Source of the DNA: Lachnospiraceae bacterium
Lineage (GTDB): Bacteria; Bacillota; Clostridia; Lachnospirales; Lachnospiraceae
Reading direction: 5' to 3'
Assembly: GCA_016285575.1 (NCBI GenBank)
Contig: JAEEQX010000003.1
Span: 781-64,780, forward strand
DNA length: 64,000 nt
Part shown: in pieces, positions 50,297 through 60,301 of the stretch
Layout: each line of letters begins with the position of its first letter
How positions within the stretch are numbered: position 1 is the stretch's first letter
Position numbers and translations under genes: made by a program
Notes under the pieces: generated by a model
The model's database searches: none
Seen by the model: the letters and a program-made list of their open reading frames with translations, nothing else
What the model was told of the DNA's origin: nothing

Positions 50297-50875
50297 TTAT
50301 TTTTTATATTTACACAGCTTTTTTACAGCTAATATATCAAGCGATACACCGCTTTTATATCTCTCCTTATATATACTTGTGCACTTATCAAAAAGATTGA
50401 ACCTCTTTTTGGCCTCATTGATGTCTCCGTACACCTTCCAATAGCCAACGCACTTATAGCCCTTGGCTTTATTGTCTATGAAGCCCCTAACATCTTCGAC
50501 CGGATAGCCTAAAAATATACCTATCTCATGAGGAAAATCATTTACTGCTTTCATACTGCTTAGTCGCTCTTTTAATCTGATTATGCAATCTTCGAAATCA
50601 TATCTGTCATAACCGAATCTTTTTAATAATTCTTTTGATTCAGAGCACATCAAGTCCCTTTTTAATAAATCCGGTCTGAATACATACAAAAGAATCTTAT
50701 TATTCATACGGTTAACTATCTCGATTTTAATTCCTTTTTCTTCAAAGTACTTATTATATTCAGTTATCTCTTTTTCAAATGAATCAAAATCTTTGCAATC
50801 GTATAAGAAAAGATTGCCTGTTTTAATCCCGGCAAGAGTTGGAGCGCAATTATCGATCAAATTAAGGTCAGACAT
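50297..50875 (-). CDS. DUF3793-family protein
   Basis: CAPTLAGIKTGNL, FPHEIGIFLGYPVEDV, GYWKVY; adjacent to flavodoxin. Confidence 0.85.
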   Translation of the reverse strand: MSDLNLIDNCAPTLAGIKTGNLFLYDCKDFDSFEKEITEYNKYFEEKGIKIEIVNRMNNKILLYVFRPDLLKRDLMCSESKELLKRFGYDRYDFEDCIIRLKERLSSMKAVNDFPHEIGIFLGYPVEDVRGFIDNKAKGYKCVGYWKVYGDINEAKKRFNLFDKCTSIYKERYKSGVSLDILAVKKLCKYKK

Positions 50876-50896
50876 ATAATATCCTTTCTATAATTG

Positions 50897-50931
50897 AAAA
50901 GAGCAAATCGTGTATGCAGACGATTCGCTCT
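50897..50931 (-). terminator. Hairpin with U-tract after flavodoxin
   Basis: Minus AGAGCGAATCGT-CTGCATAC-ACGATTTGCTCT-TTT. Confidence 0.6.
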
Positions 50932-50997
50932 AATCAAGTACGGCTATTCCCTTGTTAAAAAGGGAGGGAAAATATATAATGGTAAAAATTGGCTAGC

Positions 50998-51420
50998 TTA
51001 GTTAAGTGATGCACCAAGTGCTTTGCAATTAGCGATGTCTGCATCATTGGGAGCCTCGTTAGCTATAAGGCCCTCATTAATGAGATTGATTCCTGAAGAC
51101 TTACATCTGTCAACCCAATCTCTCATCCACTGACCGTCACCCCATCCGTATGATCCGAATAAAGCAACTTTCTTATACTTGATTAAAGGTTCAACCGCTG
51201 TAAACATAGGATTGAATTCAGTATCATCAAGTTCTTCTGCACCCATTGCGGAGCAACCAAAAGCGAACGCATCATAATCATCAACCTTAGTAGCGTCAAA
51301 CTCAGAAGACTTAAAAATGTCTGCTTCGGCACCAGCCATTTTAGCACCTTCCAAGATAGCGTTAGCCATTGCTTCCGTATTACCGGTACTGCTGTAATAA
51401 ACTACTGCAATCTTGCTCAA
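50998..51420 (-). CDS. fld: Short-chain flavodoxin
   Basis: YYSSTGNTEAMA, FGCSAMG, LFGSYGWGDGQW; TTG start after AGGAGG. Confidence 0.93.
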   Translation of the reverse strand: MSKIAVVYYSSTGNTEAMANAILEGAKMAGAEADIFKSSEFDATKVDDYDAFAFGCSAMGAEELDDTEFNPMFTAVEPLIKYKKVALFGSYGWGDGQWMRDWVDRCKSSGINLINEGLIANEAPNDADIANCKALGASLN

Positions 51421-51480
51421 GTAATTATCCTCCTGTAAAAATTATTGTGTGTGTTGTGTGTTGTGTTGATTTTTTGATTA

Positions 51481-51573
51481 GTTAGTTATCGCTAACCTGT
51501 TTTCCTTGTAAAAACCGATATTTCTATCGGTTAGTTACAACTAACATTATACATGCTATCACTGTTCTGTCAA
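51481..51573 (-). promoter_or_regulatory. Flavodoxin promoter with two perfect DtxR-type boxes
   Basis: TTGACA 51573-68, 16 nt, TATAAT; GTTAG-TTATCG-CTAAC 51481-96; GTTAG-TTACAA-CTAAC 51530-45. Confidence 0.82.
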
Positions 51574-51615
51574 CAAAAAATATTAAATATTTTTTCTAAC
51601 TTTCAATTTTTGTTA

Positions 51616-54600
51616 CTATTCTCTATTCTTTAATACTTCGTTCTCACTAATTTTGTTTAATTTGCCTGAGAGTATTAAATTGATGATTTCATATAATGCC
51701 ATGATTGCTCCAAATATCATCAGATACATATACCATTTAAACTCCAAATGAATTGCGCATGCAACGTTTGCTATAAACGATGGAAACAATATATCTATGA
51801 TCTTCTTGGATACAGGTATTGATATAAGCGCTCCAAGCATTATTACGAGCCTATTGCCATCAAGATAGAGTCTTTTAACTTCTTTGTTTCTATATCCAAG
51901 TATCTTTAATAATGAAATACCCGTTTTAGCTCTATCAATCATTACCGACATCATAAGATACATTACTATGCAGAATATTACTGCTGACATACCTATTAAA
52001 AGCGAAAACATCGGTACCATTAGTTTTAAGAAAATCTTCGATGCTTTATCGATATCCGCTTTAGATGTTACTGAATAAAGTCTACCTTCTTCAATATCAA
52101 GCTTTTTATCTGATAAAATAACATTATAATAATCATCTTCCTCACCGAAGAGTTCTCTCATACTGTCTATATCCATAAATACCGTTACGCCTACAGAATA
52201 AGGCACAACCTTTTCTATGGTAAATGCATAATCGATATCTTCGGCCGTATCTGTAAATACGATCTTGTCTCCTACTTTTACGTTGTATCTTTGGATAACC
52301 GCATCGCTTGCAACTATCTTGTTTTTACCCTTTACTGTCTCGACATTATAATATGGATTGTCATCATCTATACCTATAACAGTAATATCCAAATTGTATC
52401 CATACTGTTCTTTTTTAAGGGATGTAATAAAGCAAGGTTCTCCACCTTCAGGAGGCTCCTTGGTTGGATACTTGTATGTGTACATGTAATTGTATGTTGT
52501 ATCCTGCGAATTTAATCTTCCTACACTTTCACATAATACATAGCAATCCATACCAAGCATAAATATAAGCAAGGAAATAACCATGCCGAATATAACCGTA
52601 ATTGCGGTTCTTCTTTCCCTGATTATCTGTCTGATTCTGTATGTGGATATGAATGACATCTTGCCAAGTTTAATATCCTTGCCCTTAGTTATCTTTTGCT
52701 CATTTCTAAGTAGTGAAAGAGCTGTTCTCGACAGGCTCTTATTAATAACTAAAAAGTTAACTATAGCCGATACGGCTGCGGGCATAACTACAGAATAAAT
52801 CACAAGATAGAGAGGTGCTCTGGCCGGCATATCCGGAATCGAAAAGTAGCTGTAGCAATCCGCCATCTGCCACTTGCATCCGAACTTGCTCATGCCGAGC
52901 AACCCACCGATTGTACCACCCGTAAAAGCTATCATTGTCGGTATGAAAATATAATGTATAATAAGGTCGCTTTTTCTTGCACCAAGAGCATATAACGCTC
53001 CGATAACACTGCTTTCGCTCTTAATCTGATGAATAACAAATACAGATAATACGTATGTCAAAAGAACTATAACAATAACTCCGGCATATAATCCAACAGT
53101 CTTATCTATCTCCACATCTCCGGCTGCTCCGCCCACTCGAATGTTTTCCTCCTTATTCATGAAAGCTGTGATGTTATCTGGAGATTCCGAGAATAACTTA
53201 TCAAGCATCTCGTCTGATTGTTCCTTGAGATCTTTTACACCATCTTTGAGTTCTTTTACTCCATCTTTTAATTCTTTTGAACCATCCTGTAATTCACCGA
53301 CGCCATCATCGAGTTCATCGCTCGCATCTCTGGCTTCTTTTACAGCATCTTTAAGTTCTGCTGTACCATCATATAATTCCTTGGCACCATCTTTTAACTT
53401 TCCTGTACCATCTTTTAATTCTGATACACCGTTGTATAATTCCTGTCCGCCCTTGGCGAGTTCTCCCGCTCCACCTGCAACTTTACCGACACCATCAGTA
53501 TATGCACCTACACCTGATGAAAAATTAGCAAGCGAATCAAGAGAAGCCTTGGCAGTTCGAATATCTGTAGCCGCAGAAGGAATCTGATAAGCCTCAAAAG
53601 TAGCTGCCAAATCATTTAGAACCGTTCCGTAATTACTTGCTGTTAGTGTAATTGTTCCAATAGGTGGTACTCCCTGTGGTAGCTGTGCATTAACACCAAC
53701 TATTGCTTGATTGATGGAATCCTGAGTAGATTTAAGTGTAGCAGCAAATATACTGTTAGCACCGTTTTTTAAATCTCCACTATTTTTATTGAGTGTATTG
53801 GTACCATCCTTTAACGAATTAGCACCATCCTTTAATGAGTTACTTCCATCCTTAAGTTTTCCTACTCCGTCATCCAAATCCTTAGTAGCGTCCTTGAATT
53901 CACCAACCCCTTTATGTAACTCACTTGTACCATCGTAGAGTTCATACATTCCGTTTTTGAATTCTTTGGTGCCGTCTTTTAATTCGTCAACACCATCAGC
54001 AAGTTCAACTGTACCATCGTAGAGTTCATCAACTCCATCTACGAGGTCATTGATGCCGTCCTGTATATCATCCTTCTTGCCATATGTATCCGCGAGCATC
54101 TCTTTGTAGTAAGGATCATCGACCTTTTTATAATCAAAAGGAAAATCCTTAATCATCTCTTTTAACTCATCAGCTGTCATAGCATCGTTAAGTATGAATG
54201 CATATGTTACATCTTCTGTAGCGGCATACTTATCTTTTTTTATAAGATTGTAATCGTCTTCGCATACAAAAGCCGTGCCAAATACACTGCAATCAATCGC
54301 GGTATCCGATAACTTTCTGTAAGGAGCATCATAATCAACCGTACTTCCGATACCAACAACCGTATAATCTTCGCCTGCAATAGGAAGCTTATCTCCAACC
54401 TTAATATCTTTTTCAGCAGCATATCTGTTAAGTAATACTATTTCTCCGTGATTATCAGCTTCTTTTCCCTCGTCAAGAATTACTAAGTCAATCTTTTTTC
54501 TGTTAGCGAATATTCTTAATACTGTATTATCACTGAGTGTATAATCAAAACTCTTATGAGCTTCAACTGTTACACCCTTATCTTCTATTTTTTTGATCTC

Positions 54601-54813
54601 TTCTTCTGTAAAAGGATTAAAAAGCGTAACCTGGCAATCTTCAAGACGAGCATCTTTCTGTATTTCCTTGGTTCCTTCAATCAGCGAATATGCACTGTCT
54701 ACAATAGCTACTACCAAAAACATACATACAGCGATAAGAGCAAGCAGCGCAAAATATCTGAAGAAATTCTTTTTAATATCTCTTATATATCTCTTAAGCA
54801 ATACTCTTTTCAT
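51616..54813 (-). CDS. FtsX/MacB-like ABC permease with long heptad-repeat coiled coil
   Basis: Two FtsX-like modules (IGALYALG, ISLLKILGY); central LxDGxxE/K heptad repeats. Confidence 0.85.
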   Translation of the reverse strand: MKRVLLKRYIRDIKKNFFRYFALLALIAVCMFLVVAIVDSAYSLIEGTKEIQKDARLEDCQVTLFNPFTEEEIKKIEDKGVTVEAHKSFDYTLSDNTVLRIFANRKKIDLVILDEGKEADNHGEIVLLNRYAAEKDIKVGDKLPIAGEDYTVVGIGSTVDYDAPYRKLSDTAIDCSVFGTAFVCEDDYNLIKKDKYAATEDVTYAFILNDAMTADELKEMIKDFPFDYKKVDDPYYKEMLADTYGKKDDIQDGINDLVDGVDELYDGTVELADGVDELKDGTKEFKNGMYELYDGTSELHKGVGEFKDATKDLDDGVGKLKDGSNSLKDGANSLKDGTNTLNKNSGDLKNGANSIFAATLKSTQDSINQAIVGVNAQLPQGVPPIGTITLTASNYGTVLNDLAATFEAYQIPSAATDIRTAKASLDSLANFSSGVGAYTDGVGKVAGGAGELAKGGQELYNGVSELKDGTGKLKDGAKELYDGTAELKDAVKEARDASDELDDGVGELQDGSKELKDGVKELKDGVKDLKEQSDEMLDKLFSESPDNITAFMNKEENIRVGGAAGDVEIDKTVGLYAGVIVIVLLTYVLSVFVIHQIKSESSVIGALYALGARKSDLIIHYIFIPTMIAFTGGTIGGLLGMSKFGCKWQMADCYSYFSIPDMPARAPLYLVIYSVVMPAAVSAIVNFLVINKSLSRTALSLLRNEQKITKGKDIKLGKMSFISTYRIRQIIRERRTAITVIFGMVISLLIFMLGMDCYVLCESVGRLNSQDTTYNYMYTYKYPTKEPPEGGEPCFITSLKKEQYGYNLDITVIGIDDDNPYYNVETVKGKNKIVASDAVIQRYNVKVGDKIVFTDTAEDIDYAFTIEKVVPYSVGVTVFMDIDSMRELFGEEDDYYNVILSDKKLDIEEGRLYSVTSKADIDKASKIFLKLMVPMFSLLIGMSAVIFCIVMYLMMSVMIDRAKTGISLLKILGYRNKEVKRLYLDGNRLVIMLGALISIPVSKKIIDILFPSFIANVACAIHLEFKWYMYLMIFGAIMALYEIINLILSGKLNKISENEVLKNRE

Positions 54814-55514
54814 TACAGATCCTCCAATTCGCTTGCAGGAACTCTGACTTCATTTTCATATTCGTTCTTAACAAGACCATCTTTAAGATATATAACCTTA
54901 TGTACCATGTTTTTAATCGAGTTGTTATGTGTAACTATAACCATTGTTGTATTGTATCTCTCGTTAATCTGCTCCAGTAGAGTAAGAATATCTCTCGATG
55001 TATTAGAATCAAGCGCACCCGTAGGTTCATCACATAATAAAAGCTTGGGGTTCTTAATAAGTGCTCTCGCGATTGCGCAACGCTGTTGCTGACCACCGGA
55101 AAGTTGTGATGGAAACTTATTCTGATGTTCTGTAAGCCCTAATACATCAAGAAGTTCATTCATGTTAAGCGGATCCTTAGTTAAGTATTCACATACCTGG
55201 ATATTTTCTTTTACAGTTAAATTCGGAACCAGGTTATAAAATTGAAAGATAAAGCCAAGATTCGCTCTTCTGTATTCAGCGAGATTCTTATTCTTCATTC
55301 CGAATATTTCTGTTCTATCTACGATAATGGAACCTGAATCCATAGTATCAAGTCCGCCTATGCAATTAAGAAGTGTGGATTTGCCTGAGCCCGATGTTCC
55401 CTGTATTACGCACATCTGCCCTCTCTCTACACCTGTTGTAACCCCTTTTAATACCTGTACGAAACTTCCACCTTCTACGTAAATTTTATTGACATTCTTA
55501 ATATCGAGGTACAT
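54813..55514 (-). CDS. ABC ATPase (LolD/MacB-like)
   Basis: GTSGSGKS, GFIFQFYNL, LSGGQQQR, DEPTGALD; start 55514 (MYLD). Confidence 0.92.
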   Translation of the reverse strand: MYLDIKNVNKIYVEGGSFVQVLKGVTTGVERGQMCVIQGTSGSGKSTLLNCIGGLDTMDSGSIIVDRTEIFGMKNKNLAEYRRANLGFIFQFYNLVPNLTVKENIQVCEYLTKDPLNMNELLDVLGLTEHQNKFPSQLSGGQQQRCAIARALIKNPKLLLCDEPTGALDSNTSRDILTLLEQINERYNTTMVIVTHNNSIKNMVHKVIYLKDGLVKNEYENEVRVPASELEDL

Positions 55515-55529
55515 TCTTTTTCTCCATTC

Positions 55530-55596
55530 CACATAACAATGTTATGTATTTGTTATTTTTTAATCACATAACATTGTTATGTGATTGTTATTTTTT
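55530..55596. repeat. Tandem 32-bp repeat (35-bp period), each copy holding a TetR-type palindrome
   Basis: CACATAACAATGTTATGTATTTGTTATTTTTT and CACATAACATTGTTATGTGATTGTTATTTTTT (29/32 identical). Confidence 0.85.
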
Positions 55597-55597
55597 T

Positions 55598-55619
55598 GCC
55601 GCTTCTTTGGAGAAGCGGC
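55598..55619. other. GC-rich hairpin, U-tract only on the plus strand
   Basis: GCCGCTTCT-TTGG-AGAAGCGGC-TTTATT. Confidence 0.55.
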
Positions 55620-55635
55620 TTTATTGTATTTTATA

Positions 55636-56301
55636 TTATTTTTTCTTCTTGGTTTTAGTTTTACTATCCTTGTTATCAACAGGAACCATAACCAATTTTA
55701 CCCAACCGATTACAAGATAATTCATAATGCTTTGAATTCTCTTCAAAGCGATCTCTTCATCTCTCTCATGCATAACAACTTGGGAGATTGAATCAACTGT
55801 CGTATGCGCCATCCAGTGGGTCATAAAAGGATCGTAAGTATAAAAGTTCGAATCCTTAACCATTAGAACCGTAGACTTTTCTATAAGATCTACGAATTCA
55901 TCTATTATCTGGTCGAACGCATCCTCTTTTGAACCTGACAACAATAAAACGAAACTATCATAGTTCTTGTATATGCATTTAACAATCATTTCCGCTATGT
56001 CAGAATGATCTAAATCACCAAAGTCAAGAGAATTCATATTGCCCATAAATTCTCTGTCCTCTTTGTAATGTTCCGTAATCATTCTTTTTAGTTCTTCAAG
56101 AGGCGGATTAATAATTGAGTCAAACAGGTCTTCTTTGTTATTGAAGAAAAAGTAAAGCGCTCCCGTAGTCACACCTGCTTTTGCGCATATATTCCGAAGT
56201 GAAGCTTTATTGTATCCTTTTTCAAGAAACTCCTGCTTTGCTGCTTCAATTAACAGTCTTCTTTTTTCATAATCGTTTTCGTTTTTATTCACGTCAAACA
56301 C
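55636..56301 (-). CDS. TetR/AcrR-family regulator 4
   Basis: ASLRNICAKAGVTTGALYFFFNNKEDLF; GTG start at 56301 or 56292. Confidence 0.9.
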   Translation of the reverse strand: MFDVNKNENDYEKRRLLIEAAKQEFLEKGYNKASLRNICAKAGVTTGALYFFFNNKEDLFDSIINPPLEELKRMITEHYKEDREFMGNMNSLDFGDLDHSDIAEMIVKCIYKNYDSFVLLLSGSKEDAFDQIIDEFVDLIEKSTVLMVKDSNFYTYDPFMTHWMAHTTVDSISQVVMHERDEEIALKRIQSIMNYLVIGWVKLVMVPVDNKDSKTKTKKKK

Positions 56302-56324
56302 CTTAAAATCATAAATGTAAATGC

Positions 56325-56377
56325 ATAACAGCGTTACGTAACAATGTTATGATAATTATTTTTAAGGTATTTGTCAA
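56325..56377 (-). promoter_or_regulatory. tetR-4 promoter with two abutting operators
   Basis: TTGACA 56377-72, 17 nt, TATCAT; ATAACAGCGTTAC + GTAACAATGTTAT (56325-50) match the 55530-96 palindromes. Confidence 0.78.
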
Positions 56378-56387
56378 CTTCTATATT

Positions 56388-57170
56388 TTAACTTAATGCC
56401 ACATCGAGCGCCATCATAAGTATAAAGCCTACCGAAAATGCCAAAGTTCCTATATTGGAATGCTTGCCCACAGACATCTCCGGAATGAGTTCTTCTATAA
56501 CGACATATACCATTGCTCCTGCTGCGAAGCTTAAAAGATATGGCATAACCGGCACAAAGAATCCGGCTGCGAATATTGTGAGCAAAGCTCCTATCGGCTC
56601 TACCGCTCCCGACAGCGCACCCTTGGCGAATGCGTGAATTTTACTGTCTCCGTTGGCATTAAGTGGCATCGATATGATGGCTCCCTCAGGAAAATTCTGT
56701 ATAGCTATACCTATCGCAAGAGCAAGCGCTCCTCCTGCCGTAATATATGAATTGCCGGCTATCATTCCTGCATATACAACTCCGACTGCCATTCCCTCAG
56801 GAATATTGTGAAGTGTAACCGCAAGAACCATCATCGTTGTTTTCTTGAAATTACTTTTAGGTCCTTCTGCTTTTTCCGCATTCATATGAATATGCGGAGT
56901 TATCACATCTAAAAGAAGCAAGAATAGCATTCCCAACCCGAATCCAATTGCTGCAGGTAAAAACGCTAACTTGCCCATATCTTTTGACTGATCAATCGCA
57001 GGGACGATAAGGCTCCATATAGCTGCAGCGACCATAACGCCACTTGCGAATCCTGTCAGGGCCTTTTGTATCCTCTCGGATAAATTCTTTTTGAGAAAGA
57101 ATACGCATGCAGACCCCAATGCCGTACCAATAAAAGGAATTATTAATCCTAAGCTTACATCTTTGATCAT
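56388..57170 (-). CDS. ZIP-family (ZupT-like) divalent metal transporter
   Basis: GFASGVM, LHNIPEGMAVG, IQNFPEG, ELIPE. Confidence 0.92.
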   Translation of the reverse strand: MIKDVSLGLIIPFIGTALGSACVFFLKKNLSERIQKALTGFASGVMVAAAIWSLIVPAIDQSKDMGKLAFLPAAIGFGLGMLFLLLLDVITPHIHMNAEKAEGPKSNFKKTTMMVLAVTLHNIPEGMAVGVVYAGMIAGNSYITAGGALALAIGIAIQNFPEGAIISMPLNANGDSKIHAFAKGALSGAVEPIGALLTIFAAGFFVPVMPYLLSFAAGAMVYVVIEELIPEMSVGKHSNIGTLAFSVGFILMMALDVALS

Positions 57171-57205
57171 AACTCGCACTCCTCTCTATTGTTATTAAAC
57201 TATCC

Positions 57206-57604
57206 TTACTTAACAAGTTTTAATGCATACGTGTTAAAAGCGTTGGAATTATATAGTCTTTCGAGGCAATTATAAGTTTCTTCGCCTATGATATGTTCTA
57301 TGTCTCCTGCTTCTTCCAATGCATTGTCTTTGCTGACTCCTATTTTAAGTAAGAATCCCGCAAGCATAAGATGCTTGTCATATACTTTTTGTGCAATCTC
57401 TCTGCCTGAATCCGTAAGTGTAATGAATCTGTCTTCGCCAAACACAATATAGTTCTTATCCTGTAATTTTTTTACCATCGCACAAACCGTAGGTTTTGTT
57501 ACTCCTAGTTTGTGAACTATATCCACGGATCTGACCGAACCTTTGGATTTTTGCAATATTAAAATGCATTCCAGATAATCTTGTGTTAAGTTGTTTTTTT
57601 GCAT
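57206..57604 (-). CDS. DtxR/MntR-family metal-dependent regulator, copy 2
   Basis: QDYLECI, TKPTV helix, DKH, EEAGDIEH. Confidence 0.88.
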   Translation of the reverse strand: MQKNNLTQDYLECILILQKSKGSVRSVDIVHKLGVTKPTVCAMVKKLQDKNYIVFGEDRFITLTDSGREIAQKVYDKHLMLAGFLLKIGVSKDNALEEAGDIEHIIGEETYNCLERLYNSNAFNTYALKLVK

Positions 57605-57789
57605 CGAATATCCCCGTTCTTAACGCTCTTGCAGGCTGTGCACATCTTACAATGTGCACAGTTCCCGCCACAGGTTGATTTACCCTGTTTTTTATCCTTA
57701 ATCATCACTTTAATTATGAATACCACAACAGCAATTAAGACTAATAATGTAATCAATGTACCTATATTTGAAATAAGCCATGCTATCAT
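57586..57789 (-). CDS. FeoB-associated Cys-rich membrane protein
   Basis: TM helix then CGGNCAHCKMC; directly after feoB. Confidence 0.85.
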   Translation of the reverse strand: MIAWLISNIGTLITLLVLIAVVVFIIKVMIKDKKQGKSTCGGNCAHCKMCTACKSVKNGDIRCKKTT

Positions 57790-57849
57790 ACCTATACCTC
57801 CTGCTGTTATTGTTGTTATATAAACCTTTTATTCATTCTCCAAAAATTA

Positions 57850-60285
57850 TTATTTTGTAAGCTTATCTGCTTCTTTGTACTTCTTGATAAAGAGCATGTA
57901 GATCATTCCCGCAAGTAAAGCGATTGCAGCAATTAATCCGAAGATATTGAAGTTGCCTGTGAATGCTCCGCCAATCTGGTTGATAATGAGTGCAATTACA
58001 TATGCGAATCCACACTGATAGCCGATTGCGAACCATGTCCACTTAGCGTTATTCATCTCTCTCTTGATAGCACCGATTGCTGCGAAGCAAGGAGCGCAAA
58101 GGAGGTTGAATACAAGGAATGAGAATCCTGATACACCGCTGAATTTAGAAGCAAGTACCTGATATACTGTCATGCCTTCTACACCGCCGTACAATACGCC
58201 CATTGTACCAACGATATTTTCCTTAGCAACCAAACCTGTGATTGAAGCTACGGCTGCCTGCCAGTTGCCCCATCCAAGAGGAATGAAGATCCAAGATACA
58301 AGGCTACCTACCTTAGCAAGAATCGAAAGGTTAACTTCCTCTTCTTCGAGCATTCTGAACGCGCCGTCAGCTACACCGAAGTTAGATAAGAACCAGATAA
58401 CGATTGTTGAAAGAAGGATGATTGTACCGGCCTTCTTAATGAATGACCAGCCTCTCTCCCACATTGAACGAAGTACGTTCTTAAGTGTAGGCATATGATA
58501 TGCAGGAAGCTCCATAACGAAAGGAGCAGGATCTCCTGAGAACATCTTGGTCTTCTTAAGCATGATACCCGAGATAATGATTGCTGCCATACCGATGAAG
58601 TATGCACTTACTGATACAATCCATGAACCATGGAATAATGCACCTGCAACCATTGCTATAAAAGGAATCTTAGCACCACAAGGAATAAATGTTGTGGTCA
58701 TGATTGTCATTCTTCTATCTCTCTCGTTCTCGATAGTTCTTGAAGCCATGATACCCGGAACACCACATCCTGTTCCTACAAGCATAGGAATGAAGGACTT
58801 ACCCGATAAACCGAATCTTCTGAAGATTCTATCAAGCACGAATGCAATTCTTGCCATGTATCCGCATGCTTCCAAGAAAGCAAGAAGGAAGAAGAGAACT
58901 AACATCTGAGGTACGAAACCGAGTACTGCACCTACACCGCCGATAACACCATCGAGGATTAAGCTCTTAAGCCAATCAGCACAATTGATTGCATCAAGAA
59001 TTGATTCAGCTACTGCAGGAATACTGGGTACCCATACACCGTAGTTAGCGGGATCAGGTTCTTCGCCATCATATGATTTGAATGTCTCTACTGCTTCTGC
59101 TAATTCATCGTATGTATATGTAACATCTTCTGTAGAGAGTGTTTCTTCATCTTCCAATGTATAATCAGCTGTTGTGCCTTCTTCTACTTCTGCAAAAGCA
59201 GCTTCGATTGAAGCAACATCTGCATCTTCATCAAGTCCGATAAATGCATCGATTACGTTAGCCGCATCACCATACTCTTCACTAGCCTCACCGTATGCAC
59301 CTGAGCCAATGCCAAAAAGATGCCATCCGTCTCCGAAGAGTCCGTCGTTAGCCCAATCGGTAAGCATGGTACCGGGCGCAAATGATGCCATAGATAACAT
59401 ATAAACAAGAGTCATAATGATTGCAAATATAGGAAGACCGAGCCAACGGTTGGTAACGATCTTATCGATCTTATCCGAAGTTGTAAGCTCGCCTGCTTTT
59501 TTCTTTTTATAACAAGCCTTTATAACAGAAGCGATATATACATATCTTTCATTGGTGATAATACTCTCTGAGTCATCATCAAGTTCTGTTTCAACTGCCT
59601 GAATATCTTTTTCAATATGTGCCTTAGTCTCACTTGAGAGATTAAGTTTTTCGAGTACCTTTTCATCACGCTCGAAGAGTTTGATAGCATACCACCTCTG
59701 CTGCTCTTCGGGAAGATCGTGAACTGTAACTTCCTCGATGTGAGCAAGTGCATGTTCAACTGTACCCTGGAATGTATGCTGAGGAACTGTTTTTGTTCCC
59801 TTAGCAGCCTTGATAGCTTCGTTAGCTGCATCCATTACGCCTTCATTCTTAAGAGCTGATATCTCGACAATCTTGCAGCCAAGCTGTCTTGATAATTCAT
59901 CTACATTGATTTCATCGCCGTTCTTTCTGACAACATCCATCATGTTGATAGCGATAACTACGGGAATACCGAGTTCTGTAAGCTGTGTAGTAAGATATAA
60001 GTTTCTCTCAAGGTTAGTACCATCAATAATATTAAGGATTGCATCAGGTCTTGTGCCGATGAGATAATCTCTTGCTACAACTTCTTCCAATGTATAAGGA
60101 GAAAGTGAATATATACCGGGAAGGTCTGTGATAGTAACGTCGCTATTCTTTTTTAACTTACCTTCCTTCTTTTCTACTGTAACTCCGGGCCAGTTACCTA
60201 CGAACTGATTGGAGCCTGTTAATGCATTAAATAATGTTGTTTTACCACTGTTAGGGTTACCTGCAAGTGCAATTGTAAGACTCAT
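57850..60285 (-). CDS. feoB: Ferrous iron transporter FeoB, copy 2 (with acidic insertion)
   Basis: GNPNSGKT, GNWPGVTVE, DLPG, NMMD, GTGCGVP, MELPAYH. Confidence 0.96.
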   Translation of the reverse strand: MSLTIALAGNPNSGKTTLFNALTGSNQFVGNWPGVTVEKKEGKLKKNSDVTITDLPGIYSLSPYTLEEVVARDYLIGTRPDAILNIIDGTNLERNLYLTTQLTELGIPVVIAINMMDVVRKNGDEINVDELSRQLGCKIVEISALKNEGVMDAANEAIKAAKGTKTVPQHTFQGTVEHALAHIEEVTVHDLPEEQQRWYAIKLFERDEKVLEKLNLSSETKAHIEKDIQAVETELDDDSESIITNERYVYIASVIKACYKKKKAGELTTSDKIDKIVTNRWLGLPIFAIIMTLVYMLSMASFAPGTMLTDWANDGLFGDGWHLFGIGSGAYGEASEEYGDAANVIDAFIGLDEDADVASIEAAFAEVEEGTTADYTLEDEETLSTEDVTYTYDELAEAVETFKSYDGEEPDPANYGVWVPSIPAVAESILDAINCADWLKSLILDGVIGGVGAVLGFVPQMLVLFFLLAFLEACGYMARIAFVLDRIFRRFGLSGKSFIPMLVGTGCGVPGIMASRTIENERDRRMTIMTTTFIPCGAKIPFIAMVAGALFHGSWIVSVSAYFIGMAAIIISGIMLKKTKMFSGDPAPFVMELPAYHMPTLKNVLRSMWERGWSFIKKAGTIILLSTIVIWFLSNFGVADGAFRMLEEEEVNLSILAKVGSLVSWIFIPLGWGNWQAAVASITGLVAKENIVGTMGVLYGGVEGMTVYQVLASKFSGVSGFSFLVFNLLCAPCFAAIGAIKREMNNAKWTWFAIGYQCGFAYVIALIINQIGGAFTGNFNIFGLIAAIALLAGMIYMLFIKKYKEADKLTK

Positions 60286-60301
60286 TTTTATTCTTCCTTT
60301 C

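Noticed and set aside
55530-55596. 32-bp direct repeat as a mini-CRISPR
   Set aside because: Two copies with a 3-bp gap, no spacer, and the same palindrome occurs at the tetR-4 promoter
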